A stretch of DNA of 64,000 bases from Sedimentisphaerales bacterium (lineage in GTDB: Bacteria > Planctomycetota > Phycisphaerae > Sedimentisphaerales > Anaerobacaceae): positions 5,376,001 to 5,440,000 of the forward strand of contig OY970194.1 in assembly GCA_963708075.1 (NCBI GenBank), in the 5' to 3' direction. The position numbers and the translations under genes are program-made. The notes under the pieces were generated by a model, which saw only the letters and a list, made by a program, of their open reading frames with translations, was not told the DNA's origin and ran no database searches. Position 1 is the first letter of the stretch, and the number at the start of each line of letters is the position of its first letter. This document shows positions 1 to 9,322 of this stretch, one piece after another.

Positions 1-32
1 GAAGAGGCGCCGGACATCCTTGTGAGAAGCCA

Positions 33-809
33 ATGGATTACCGTAGTGCCGATGAAGCGGTTTTCTCTGTGGTGCAGAATAGCTTGGAGGCGATGACAGC
101 TTCTGTCAAAAGCACCAAATATCCAAAGACATATTCCGCAATGTTATCCATGATTGTCAGGATCGCATCGCTTAAGCTCTCGCTGTTTGATTTGGCCGAG
201 GCAGGGAATCCATATGCCTTCCAAGTTGTCTACCGCAGCTTCTGCGAACATTACCTGAGGTTTATGTACATATGGTTTCGGTTTTGTCAGGAGAAGACCG
301 ACGCGGTTGGAGAAGACTTCTACGACTATTGTGGTGCCGCAGAAGTCGCGAACTTGACACGCTCCTTAAAAGCGGCTGAGAGTATTGTTGGAGCAGAGGT
401 CACCAGCAAGTACGAGGAGGTTGTTGGTATACTGTTTCCGAAAGCAAAGGGAATGAGTCGGAAGGAGATCCCCGCGAAATCAGATCAGTTCCATTACCGT
501 ACTATCGTGCGCTACATTGCCGGAAAGGCACCAGCGATTGTCTCTGTAGAGAGCCGCTTCCTTGTTGATGTCATTCGGAAGTATGCTGAACTGTGCGTTT
601 TTGTACATGGCGGCCCCTCGACCGACCAGTGGGCGATGACGGTTGTAGATGGTGAGGCATTCGAAGACTGCAAAAAAGCCGCCGACGTAGTCTGCATGAT
701 GAGCGCCAGCGTGTATATGTTCACTGCCGCTGCAATGTCCAGAGAGTTCCCCAAGCTCTCACAGGTGGCAGGCCTTGTGAATTCAATTCTACATACTGAA
801 TGTGAATAA
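33..809 (+). CDS. Hypothetical protein, DUF5677-like (possibly HEPN-related)
   Basis: 258-aa ORF in visibly lower-GC DNA; motifs 'YRSFCEHYLRFMYI' and 'YAELCVFVHG' resemble the R-s-x-x-E and Y-x-x-L-[SC]-x-x-x-H pattern of DUF5677. Confidence 0.45.
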   Translation: MDYRSADEAVFSVVQNSLEAMTASVKSTKYPKTYSAMLSMIVRIASLKLSLFDLAEAGNPYAFQVVYRSFCEHYLRFMYIWFRFCQEKTDAVGEDFYDYCGAAEVANLTRSLKAAESIVGAEVTSKYEEVVGILFPKAKGMSRKEIPAKSDQFHYRTIVRYIAGKAPAIVSVESRFLVDVIRKYAELCVFVHGGPSTDQWAMTVVDGEAFEDCKKAADVVCMMSASVYMFTAAAMSREFPKLSQVAGLVNSILHTECE

Positions 810-1060
810 TGAATGTAGGGTTTCATGTAAGGTTTCGGGGACGCCTTACTTATTTGAGCTGCAGATTGAACATGCTGTCGGCAGATATGGTGCAGGTCTG
901 TAATACGGAAGGTGGGAGAAAGCGATAAAGGTGCTGAGCTTGTTCAATAATCGAGAAGTCGCTACCGCAATTTGGGCCGCTGTAGCTCTCGTGTTTGTCT
1001 TGTCGAAGGCAACCGTCCGCCAATCAGTCCTCAAGCTCACCAGGGCATTCCTCCACCCTA

Positions 1061-2164
1061 TTGATCTTTGAATAGTTAAAGTAAATCGCCGTGACGGATC
1101 GATATCTTCATGCATGAGAACCCCAGGAAAACCCGAAGAGGCTCGAATGTCACCGGCTTCAGGCCTTCGCGTTGCTCGAAGCCGGTCACGGTCCCAGCGA
1201 AGTGGCCCGGAGACTCGGCGTCTCGCCGGCGGCTGTATCCCGGTGGAAGAAGATTTCTCAGCAGGCGGGACGGGACGGCTTGAAGGCCAAGCCGCATCCC
1301 GGCCGCCGGCCCAAGTTGACGGTCCGGCAACGCCAGAAGCTGGAACGGTTGCTGTTAAAAGGTCCTCTCGCCCACGGATATATGACCGACCTGTGGACGC
1401 TGAAGCGGATCGCCGAAGTGATCGAGAGGCGTTTCGGCGTCCGCTACGACCCTTCCGGGGTCTGGCACGTGCTGCGTGGCATCGGCTGGAGTTGCCAGAA
1501 ACCCGAAGGCCGGGCGCGAACGCGACGAAGAGGCCATTGCCCGTTGGCGTCAACAAGACTGGCCGCGTATAAAAAAAAGCTCGGCATAGCGGTCGAAACA
1601 TCGTTTTTCTCGATGAAACCGGCTTTATGCTCCAGCCGGTGGTCCGCCGGACCTGGGGTCCCCATGGGGATACGCCGCTCCTGTACCGTTGGGAGCGTCA
1701 CGACCGCCTCTCCGGAATGTCGGTGGTCACGGTTCCGCCGCAGCGTCGGCATCTGGACCTGTACTTCGCGCTCCAAGAGCACAACATCCGTACTCCCGAC
1801 ATTGAGACCCTCGTGGCGGAACTTCTTGAACATTTTCCCCACGGGATCATCCTGGTCCTGGATCGTTGGCCCGTTCATCTGTCCGCCGTGGAGCAACTCC
1901 GGCGTCGGTTCCCTCGTCGAGTACAAATCGAATGGCTGCCGTCCTACGCCCCGCAACTCAATCCTGATGAACAGGTCTGGACGCGGACGAAGTACATGGA
2001 CTTGGCCAACTTCTGCCCGGAGAATCTCACTGACCTCACGCAGGCGGTGCGACATTCGCTGGAGCAGACAAAAACTCACCAGTCTCTCTTGCGTTCGTTC
2101 TTCAAGCATGCTGGGCTTAGACTGTGACATCGTGTCACTTTTACTTTAACTATTCAAAGATCAA
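1061..2164 (+). mobile_element. IS630-family insertion sequence (1104 bp)
   Basis: Perfect 25-bp terminal inverted repeats TTGATCTTTGAATAGTTAAAGTAAA (1061-1085; reverse complement at 2140-2164); TA target duplication at 1059-1060 and 2165-2166. Confidence 0.93.
1114..2127 (+). pseudogene. IS630 transposase (HTH + DDE_3), split over several frames
   Basis: HTH 'SEVARRLGVSPAAVSRW', winged HTH 'LWTLKRIAEVIERRFGVRY', DDE motifs 'VFLDETGF', 'LVLDRWPVH', 'LPSYAPQLNPDEQVW'. A-run at ~1571-1578 plus additional shifts near 1140 and 1515. Confidence 0.85.
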
Positions 2165-3007
2165 TAAGATACTCCTGTCATTTGGACTCATGGCGCTCTA
2201 CGTCATCGCCATCGTTGTGGGCCTCAGAGCCATTCACGTGTGGAAAGGCACATTTTTGAAGGATACCGTCTTCTGGTTCTGTTTCACAGGCATAGGCATA
2301 TTCTTCGGCTCAGTCACTTCTGACAACAAGGAGAATATCTTCAGGAGAACCGTCGCTGATAGTGTGAAGGTTGTCGTTCTCATTGAATTCCTCGTGAACA
2401 TGTACACCTTTCCTCTCGTTTATGAACTGGCTGTTGTACCGGTTGTCGTTGTGATCGCGATGATGGATGCTGTCGCGCAAACGGATAAGAAGTATGCCAG
2501 CGTCACGAAGCTGACAGCCGGAATACTGTCCGTGGTGGGTCTACTTGCTGTGGGTTTCGCCGTGTTCAAGGCCATCTTGAACTATGACAATCTTCGAAGC
2601 GCCGATACTGTGAGGGACCTTCTCCTACCACCCTTGTTATCTGTTTTGTTTTTGCCGTTTGTCTACTCGATGCTGGTGTTCACCAAGTATGAACTCATCT
2701 TCGTGCGACTTGGTTTTGGATCAGAGAATGATCCCACACTGAAGCGATATGCCAAGCGCAGGATTATTATGCACTGCCGTTTGAACTTGAAAAGGGTCAA
2801 TGCTTGTCTAAGGCACCATGCATCGGGTCTGATGCAGGTTCGAAACAAAGAGGATGTAGATAGGATCTTGACAACGATGAAACGACACGATTCGGGCGAC
2901 GCCATCTAAGAAAAGGTGCTGTTACCATTACCTTAAACTCTTGTCATCGGGACTTCTTATGGGTGAATTTGCGAGTATTTTCGCCGGTGTAGTCGGCTAC
3001 GCGCTGG

Positions 3008-3111
3008 GGGTTTCTGGTGTCGGCGGGGAGGGGCGGGGGTATAATGGCGGGGGTATGGAGAGAGCCGGGTATAGGATACTTGATGCGAATTTCAATCGGG
3101 CCCGCGAGGCG
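3008..3111 (+). repeat. Diverged direct copy of the thiE promoter and first 19 codons
   Basis: TATAAT(3040-3045)-9 nt-ATG(3055) MERAGYRILDANFNRAREA matches TATAAT(4295-4300)-9 nt-ATG(4310) and the same 19 residues of thiE. Confidence 0.92.
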
Positions 3112-3258
3112 TTCCGGATCGAGGAGGTGGAGTACGTGCCGGAAATGGCCCGGCGGATTGCGGCGTTGATCCTGATGCAGTCGGACCTCGACGCCAACTA
3201 CGAAGCCATCAAAGCCGACACCTGGCCCTGGCCGCACGATGAACAGGGAGCCAGGTAG
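3112..3258 (+). pseudogene. Probable C-terminal remnant of a type ISP restriction-modification enzyme, fused to the thiE 5' copy
   Basis: 'EEVEYVPEMARRIAALILMQSDLDANYEAIKADTWPW' resembles the extreme C-terminus of type ISP RM proteins as recalled; not verified by search. Confidence 0.5.
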
Positions 3259-3262
3259 GCAG

Positions 3263-4045
3263 ATGAAGAAGCCTCTTGACGTTGAGAATCATTTCTTCGT
3301 GGATGAATCGGGCGACCCGACGTTCTTCGATAAGCTCGGCAACCTTATCGTCGGCCAAGGGGGCTGCTCCCCTGTTCTGATCCTTGGTTTCATCGAGACG
3401 AGCTGCCCTGCGCATATCCGACAAGAACTGGCCAAGCTGCACAAGGAAGTCGCGGCGGACAAGTACCTTGAATCTGTGCCCTCCATCAAGAAGACCAACG
3501 TCGCTTTCCATGCCAAGGATGATGTGCCCGAAGTGCGTCAGGCGATGTACAAGTGTATCGCGGGCATGGATTTCAAGGCCCAGTTCGTCGTGGCCAGGAA
3601 AATCGAGCGTGTTTTCCGGAACACGTGTCACAGCAACGAGTCCAGATTCTACGACCGGTTGGTGACACAGCTTTTTGAGAACGTTCTGCATCGCCACGCC
3701 GCTAATCGGATCTATATTTCCAGGCGAGGCACGAGTGATCGACAAGAGCCGCTGGAGGCGGCCGTGAAGCTCGGGATCGGCAATTTCGAGGCCAAGTGGC
3801 AGACAGAGGTGAAGACGCAGATCAAGCTCCTGACACAGACGCCTGTGGGAGAACCCTGCCTGCAGGTCATCGACTATATGAACTGGGCGGTCTATCGTGC
3901 CTTCGTCAGGAGCGAGATGCGATACTACAAGTTCGTGGAGGCCAAAGTAAGCTTGCTTGTGGACCTGTATGACAGCACGAAGTACCCGAAGAACTGGTAC
4001 AAACGAGGCAATCCTTTCGATATGAAAAAAGCCAGCCCTCTGTAG
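3263..4045 (+). CDS. DUF3800 family protein (RNase H-like fold)
   Basis: N-terminal 'FFVDESGD', central 'FHAKDD', C-terminal 'CLQVIDYMNWAVYR' match the DUF3800 DESG...H...QxxD pattern. Confidence 0.8.
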   Translation: MKKPLDVENHFFVDESGDPTFFDKLGNLIVGQGGCSPVLILGFIETSCPAHIRQELAKLHKEVAADKYLESVPSIKKTNVAFHAKDDVPEVRQAMYKCIAGMDFKAQFVVARKIERVFRNTCHSNESRFYDRLVTQLFENVLHRHAANRIYISRRGTSDRQEPLEAAVKLGIGNFEAKWQTEVKTQIKLLTQTPVGEPCLQVIDYMNWAVYRAFVRSEMRYYKFVEAKVSLLVDLYDSTKYPKNWYKRGNPFDMKKASPL

Positions 4046-4107
4046 GCTAGGCCTGGTTTCCCAGACGCACGGCATGAAGCCGACATTCACCTACAGCCGA
4101 CTGACTC
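4025..4107 (-). ncRNA. Predicted structured RNA antisense to and overlapping the DUF3800 3' end (DUF3800-associated RNA motif candidate)
   Basis: Minus strand reads GAGUCAG UCGG CUGUAGG UGAAUGU CGGC-UUCAU-GCCG UGC GUCUGG-GAAA-CCAGGC CUAG CCUACAG AGGG CUGGCUUUUUU. Closing stems, two hairpins, a GNRA loop, G.U pairs that work only on this strand, and a terminal U-run. Confidence 0.7.
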
Positions 4108-4112
4108 TACAT

Positions 4113-4142
4113 ATAGTACGGCAAATCTATAGCAATGGTCAA
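4113..4142 (-). promoter_or_regulatory. Putative sigma70 promoter for the antisense RNA
   Basis: Minus strand TTGACC (4142-4137), 18-bp spacer, TACTAT (4118-4113); start predicted near 4107. Confidence 0.6.
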
Positions 4143-4309
4143 GGCTTTTATAGAAAAAAGATAGGAATCTATAGAAAACCTATGACACGGATACCCATGA
4201 TGCCTTGAAATCGGCCTGAAGAGCTGGACTTGCGTGGGCAAACGGGGGTCAGGCCGCCTGCGGGTTTTCGCTGTCCGTGGGGTGTGGGCGGGCTTATAAT
4301 TGGCGGGGT

Positions 4310-5389
4310 ATGGAGAGAGCTGGGTACAGGATACTTGATGCGAATTTCAATCGGGCCCGCGAGGCGCTGCGGGTCGTGGAGGAGTACTGCCGGTTCGTGC
4401 TGAACTCGGGGGCGCTGAGCGAGCGGGCCAAGAGACTCCGGCATGAGCTTTGTGCGGCGGTTGGGCGGCTGGACGCGGGAAGGCTGATTGCGGGGCGGGA
4501 CACACTGGGCGATGTCGGGGTCGGGGCGAGGGTCGAGGGACAGCTTGAGCGGGGGACGCTCAAGGACTGCTTCACGGCCGGGGCCAAGCGACTTACCGAG
4601 GCGCTGCGCGTGCTGGCGGAGGTGGCACAGGCCGAGGACAGGGGCGTCGCGGAGGCTGTGGAGAGGCTGCGGTACGAGGCGTACACGCTGGAGAAGGATA
4701 TTGTGCTGTTCAGCGAGCCCGTGGAGAAGTTCAATCGCGTGCGGCTGTATGTGATCCTCACGAGCAACCTGCCGGCGGAGATCCTGGCCCTGGCGAGCCA
4801 GTGCGCCGCGGGCGGGGCCGACTGCATCCAGTTGCGGGCGAAGGACATTCCCGACGACCGCTTTTTCGCGGTGGCGGTGGAGTTCGTGGAGATCTGCCGG
4901 GAGATGGGGGCGCTGAGCATCATCAACGACCGGGCGGATATCGCGGCGGCGGCGGGGGCTGACGGCGTGCATATGGGGCAGAATGACCTGCCCGTGGAGC
5001 AGGTGCGGCGGCTGCAATTGAGCCCGCTGGTCATCGGCAAGAGTACGCATTCGGCCGGGGAGCTCGATGCGGCCTGTCCGTCGCTGCCGAGCTACGTGAG
5101 CCTTGGGCCGGCGTTTGCGACGCCGACCAAGCCGGACATCAAGCCGGCCGGGCTGGAGTACGTGCGGCTGGGCCTGGCGCGACTCGCGGAGACCGGCATC
5201 AGCCACGTCGCCATCGGCGGGATCACGCTGGATAACGTCGAGCAGGTCATCGAGGCCGGGGCCCAGCGCGTCGCCGCGTGCTCGGCGGTCACGAAAACCG
5301 CCGACCCGACGCAGGCCTGCCGCAGGTTGAAAGAGAGAATCGTCGAGCTGATCAAGGAGCGTCCGCCGGAGGAGCGCCCCGCGAAATGA
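4310..5389 (+). CDS. thiE: Thiamine-phosphate synthase with N-terminal helical extension
   Basis: N-terminal 'RILDANFNRAREALRVVEE' domain; TMP-synthase motifs 'IQLRAK', 'IINDRAD', 'GVHMGQND', 'GKSTHS', 'TPTK', 'VAIGGI'. Confidence 0.93.
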   Translation: MERAGYRILDANFNRAREALRVVEEYCRFVLNSGALSERAKRLRHELCAAVGRLDAGRLIAGRDTLGDVGVGARVEGQLERGTLKDCFTAGAKRLTEALRVLAEVAQAEDRGVAEAVERLRYEAYTLEKDIVLFSEPVEKFNRVRLYVILTSNLPAEILALASQCAAGGADCIQLRAKDIPDDRFFAVAVEFVEICREMGALSIINDRADIAAAAGADGVHMGQNDLPVEQVRRLQLSPLVIGKSTHSAGELDAACPSLPSYVSLGPAFATPTKPDIKPAGLEYVRLGLARLAETGISHVAIGGITLDNVEQVIEAGAQRVAACSAVTKTADPTQACRRLKERIVELIKERPPEERPAK

Positions 5390-5502
5390 ACGTGACACGA
5401 AATAGCATACCCCGGAGTCGCTTGTCCACCGGGCAGCGTCGCCGGGCTTATTCGACCGTCCTGTAACGAAATTGGGAAGTCTAAGGAATCAGGGCAACAA
5501 CA

Positions 5503-7113
5503 ATGAAACAGACACGCCTTATTGAGTGCGCAGCAGTCGTAATCCTTTTTCTGGTCGTGTCCGGCGTCCAGGCCCAATCGCTGTGGGACCTCGCCAGGCA
5601 GAACAAGGACACACTGCGGATTTCCACGCTGCTGACGGCGCAGGACGTGCGCGACCGGCTCTCCAGCGATCAGGGCATCGATCAGGCCATCGATTGGTGC
5701 AAAAAGACCGGCGTGACGCACGTGTTCATCGAGTCCTTCCGCGATGGCTACACAGCGGAGAAGAAGGCCCTGGAGCACGCTCGGGACCGGTTCCGCGAGG
5801 CCGGCTTCGATGTGTCCGGCTGCGTCACGCCCACCAAGGTCGGCAAGGCCTCCACTGGCTGGCAAGGCATCGGCTGCTACACCGACGAGCCGACGCAAAA
5901 GCGGGTCCAGGAAATCTTCGAGTATGCGGCGTCCATGTTCGACGAGATCATGATCGACGATTTCTGGTTCACCGACTGCCAGTGCAGCGACTGCCAGAAA
6001 GCCCGCGGCGACAAGAGTTGGGTGGACTATCACTGTGACCTGATGACCAAAGTCAGCCAAGACCGGATTCTCAAACCCGCCCTCACCGTCAATAAAGAAG
6101 TAAAAATCATTATAAAATATCCACAATGGTACGAGGATTTCCACAATCGCGGATATGAGGTTGTGCGGGAGACGGCGGAGTTCGACAGGATCTGGGTGGG
6201 GACGGAGACCCGCGACCCGGACAACGAACGATGGGGCAAGAAATGTCAATATGAAGCGTACTATATTATGCGGTGGCTGGGCGAGATCGGCGGGGCCAAG
6301 TGCGGCGGCGGGTGGTTCGACCCGTACGGCACGCACGAGGACACGTACGTCGAGCAGGCCCGCCAGACGGTGCTGGCCGACGCGAAGGAGATGTTGCTGT
6401 TCTGCTATGGCTCACTGCTGCGGGACACCGGCCCGGCCAATGTGGAAAAGCTGCGCACGGAGATCCCCGGCCTGTTCAAGCTCGCCGGCCTCGTGCGGGG
6501 CAAGCCGCTCAAGGGCATCGCCGCGCCCAAGCCGCCCAACAGCGACGCCTTCGACGAGCAGTACGTCTACGACTTCGTCGGCATGCTCGGCCTGCCCCTC
6601 GTGCCCACGGCGGAGATTCGGACGGACGTGAAAGCCGCCTTCCTGCCCGTGCACGCAATGAAGGACCCGCAGCTTGCCGACAAGCTCAAGGCCATGCTCG
6701 CCGCCAAGACGCCTGTGCTCGTCACCGACGGCCTGGCGAAGAAGTTGCCCGCGTCTGTCGCCGGCGACGAGAACCTGCTCGTTCTGAAAGTCAACGGCAA
6801 GCCCGGCAGCCTCCTCGATCTGACACGCGAGCAGCTCAAGCCAATTCGCGATAAGCTGCTGGCACCGCTCGGTGTGCGCTTCGATGCGCCAAATAAAGTC
6901 GCCCTGTACCTGATTGGCGACCACTGTGTCGCCGTCGAGAACTTCAATGACCAGACGATCACCGCGGCCCTGGGATTTGCGGCATCACCTGCGCCAACGC
7001 TCAAACAAGCGTTGGTGTTGCCGGTCAATGGATCGATAGGAGTTCTCTCCGACAAAGTCGGCCAATTCGAGCTGAAGATGACACCGCGCACGCTGGTGGT
7101 CTTCGAGTATTGA
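5503..7113 (+). CDS. Secreted protein, probable glycoside hydrolase-like TIM barrel
   Basis: Signal peptide ending 'VQAQ'; 'FDEIMIDDFWFTDCQCSDC' motif; located upstream of a GH gene. Confidence 0.55.
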   Translation: MKQTRLIECAAVVILFLVVSGVQAQSLWDLARQNKDTLRISTLLTAQDVRDRLSSDQGIDQAIDWCKKTGVTHVFIESFRDGYTAEKKALEHARDRFREAGFDVSGCVTPTKVGKASTGWQGIGCYTDEPTQKRVQEIFEYAASMFDEIMIDDFWFTDCQCSDCQKARGDKSWVDYHCDLMTKVSQDRILKPALTVNKEVKIIIKYPQWYEDFHNRGYEVVRETAEFDRIWVGTETRDPDNERWGKKCQYEAYYIMRWLGEIGGAKCGGGWFDPYGTHEDTYVEQARQTVLADAKEMLLFCYGSLLRDTGPANVEKLRTEIPGLFKLAGLVRGKPLKGIAAPKPPNSDAFDEQYVYDFVGMLGLPLVPTAEIRTDVKAAFLPVHAMKDPQLADKLKAMLAAKTPVLVTDGLAKKLPASVAGDENLLVLKVNGKPGSLLDLTREQLKPIRDKLLAPLGVRFDAPNKVALYLIGDHCVAVENFNDQTITAALGFAASPAPTLKQALVLPVNGSIGVLSDKVGQFELKMTPRTLVVFEY

Positions 7114-7139
7114 TATCTTTGATGCTAATGGAGGCAGGC

Positions 7140-8900
7140 ATGGTGCGCAATATAGTTTTGGCGTTGTCTGTTGCTGGGATGCTCTTTTCTGCAATGGCGC
7201 GAGGCCAAGCTGCCACCGAGCCACCACAGGTGGAGCGGCGGGTGCTGGCGTTTTATTACCCGTGGTACGGGATTGCGAGCGGTCCCGGCGGGGCGGGCCG
7301 GACGGTGCACTGGGGCAAGATCGATGCAGCCAACAAAGACATTGCCGCCAGCACGCATTACCCCACGCTCGGGGCGTACGACTCGCACGACCCCGCTGTC
7401 ATCGATCAGCATTGCCGGTGGGCCAAGGCCGCGCACATCGACACACTCATCGTGAGCTGGTGGGGTCACGGCGACTACACGGATCGTGCCATGCCCGCGA
7501 TTCTCGACGGCTGCAAGCAGCACGGCCTGAAGGCGTGCATCTACTATGAACGAGTGCCGAACCCGCAGACCGCCCAGACTGCCGCACAGGACATCATCAA
7601 GGTCCTCGATAAGTACGGCAGCCACGAGGCCCATCTCAAGGTCAATGGCAAGCCGGTCGTGTTCATCTACGGCCGGGCGGTCGGCGAGCTGGGCTTGACC
7701 GGCTGGCTGGAGGCGGTCAAGCTCATCAAAGCGGGCCACAAAGCCGGCGCGACGATCCTCGGCGATCAGTTCAGCTACGGCTCCGCCCGCGTCTTCGACG
7801 GCGTGCACACGTACAACACCGCCGGCTCGCTCGACGGCCTGTCCCTCGACGCCCTGGAGAAGTGGGCCCCGGCGACGTACGGGTCCTGGGTCCAGTTGGC
7901 CGACGGGGCGGGCAAGCTCAGCACGATCACCGTAATCCCCGGCTACGACGACACGAAGATCCGCAAGCCCGGCCTGGCCGTGGACCGCTTCGATGGCGAC
8001 CTGTACCGCGCCCAGTGGCGCCACGCCGTCGAGGCTGACCCGCACTGGATCCTCATCACCAGCTTCAACGAGTGGCATGAGGGAAGCGAGATCGAGCCCT
8101 CGGCCGAGTTCGGACAGAAGTACCTCGACCTGACGGCCGAGTTCGCGGAGCGATTCAAGGCCACGCCGCGCAGCCCGCACACGGTCACGTCGCAGGGCGG
8201 AATCACGCAGGACGAAAAGGACCGCCTCCGCGACCGCCTGAAGAAGACGCGAATCGCCGTACTTCCGGGCGCTGAGTCGATGGCCTTCTGGTGGCTGCTG
8301 GATATCGGCGTCGAGCCGCTGTCTCTGACTTGGGAGCAGGTCGTCGGCACCGACCTGACGCCCGCGAACTATCCTATCCTGCTCAACTGCGCCGGCGAGG
8401 GCTACCGCCGCACCGTGCGCGAGCCAAACGATGTTGACGCGGCCCTGATCGCCTACCTCAAAGCCGGCGGCTGCCTCGCCGCTCTGCCCTCAGGGCCCTG
8501 GCCGTTCTACCGCGACGAGAACGGGCAAGCCGTGAACCAGAGCCATCGCTTCGGCCTGACCCTTCGCGGAGGCTGGGAGCGCCCACCCGAGGGCACGGAC
8601 CTGTGGTTTGTCCAGCGCGACACCAAGCTGGCGCACGTAGCCGCGCGCTTCCCCTTCCCCACCTCCGGCGACCTCCGCTGGCGCCCGTTCCAGGCAGCGG
8701 ACCACACCGACTACGTTCCCCTGCTCCAACTGCGTGACCGCAGCGACAATCTCGGCGACGCCGTCGTCTACGCCCGCCCGCAGTCCGGCGGCCACGTCGC
8801 CTACGCCTGGTTCGGCCTCCTGAACACCCCCCAGGCCGAGCCCCTCCTCTACGACCTCTTCACCTACCTGGCCAACCGCCTCAGCCCTAAGGGACGATGA
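7140..8900 (+). CDS. Secreted GH99-like endo-alpha-mannosidase family protein with C-terminal extra domain
   Basis: 'LAFYYPWY', 'YPTLGAYDS', 'IVSWWG', 'ITSFNEWHEGSEIEP' motifs. Confidence 0.8.
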   Translation: MVRNIVLALSVAGMLFSAMARGQAATEPPQVERRVLAFYYPWYGIASGPGGAGRTVHWGKIDAANKDIAASTHYPTLGAYDSHDPAVIDQHCRWAKAAHIDTLIVSWWGHGDYTDRAMPAILDGCKQHGLKACIYYERVPNPQTAQTAAQDIIKVLDKYGSHEAHLKVNGKPVVFIYGRAVGELGLTGWLEAVKLIKAGHKAGATILGDQFSYGSARVFDGVHTYNTAGSLDGLSLDALEKWAPATYGSWVQLADGAGKLSTITVIPGYDDTKIRKPGLAVDRFDGDLYRAQWRHAVEADPHWILITSFNEWHEGSEIEPSAEFGQKYLDLTAEFAERFKATPRSPHTVTSQGGITQDEKDRLRDRLKKTRIAVLPGAESMAFWWLLDIGVEPLSLTWEQVVGTDLTPANYPILLNCAGEGYRRTVREPNDVDAALIAYLKAGGCLAALPSGPWPFYRDENGQAVNQSHRFGLTLRGGWERPPEGTDLWFVQRDTKLAHVAARFPFPTSGDLRWRPFQAADHTDYVPLLQLRDRSDNLGDAVVYARPQSGGHVAYAWFGLLNTPQAEPLLYDLFTYLANRLSPKGR

Positions 8901-8913
8901 CGGAGGACAGATT

Positions 8914-9183
8914 GTGCGTAAAAAAAGAGTGAAGCCGCCGCCACTGAGAGCTGTAACTCTATTTGGCTATGATCCTCGGAGTGCCGTGAGTCGGGCTCAC
9001 TGTTGTCGACGCATGACGGCAGCAGTCAACTACAGATGTGAGCAGCATCCCAATCCCTTCGACTGTCCTGATTGCTTGATCTACTATGAATCCAGATTCG
9101 ACGAATATGGCCTCATCGTGCATGACGAAGAAAGCGTCGAGAGTCTCGGCGACGGCGTCCTTTCTGCGGAAGCAGCACCATGA
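8914..9183 (+). pseudogene. Truncated Cys-rich small protein (DUF6980-like)
   Basis: 'HCCRRM...CEQHPNPFDCPDCLIYY...EYGLIVHD' followed by unrelated sequence; the usual terminal CPWCG is absent. Confidence 0.5.
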
Positions 9184-9238
9184 CACGACATGAACAAGGC
9201 AGGCAGCGGAAGCAGCATCGATCGCCCGGCAGTCAGCA

Positions 9239-9307
9239 TTGACAGGCTTGGGCTTGTTTGTGTATAATTGTAGACAGATATCTGTAGGTGTGGACGTTTA
9301 TACACAA
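9239..9307 (+). promoter_or_regulatory. Consensus sigma70 promoter with inverted-repeat operator of the AbiE operon
   Basis: TTGACA 9239-9244, 18 bp, TG-TATAAT 9263-9268; inverted repeat TTGTGTATAA (9258-9267)/TTATACACAA (9298-9307); central palindrome ACAGATATCTGT (9274-9285). Confidence 0.75.
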
Positions 9308-9322
9308 GCTGAGGCCAAGATT

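Larger units (their letters stand above)
931..2909 (+). pseudogene. Multi-pass membrane protein (~290 aa) interrupted by IS630
   Basis: GTG at 931 reads MLSLFNNREVATAIWAAVALVFV...AFLHP. Removing 1061-2166 (the IS plus one TA) joins it in frame to KILLSFGLMALY... of ORF 2124..2909. Confidence 0.85.

Noticed and set aside
2941..3258. Genuine 105-aa gene
   Set aside because: It is a chimera of upstream DNA, the thiE 5' duplicate and an unrelated C-terminal fragment.
4025..4107. tRNA or hammerhead ribozyme
   Set aside because: Only two internal hairpins, no canonical T-loop or CCA, and no CUGAnGA hammerhead core.
4150..4309. TPP riboswitch upstream of thiE
   Set aside because: No CUGAGA core is present, and the TATAAT only 9 nt before the ATG suggests a near-leaderless transcript.
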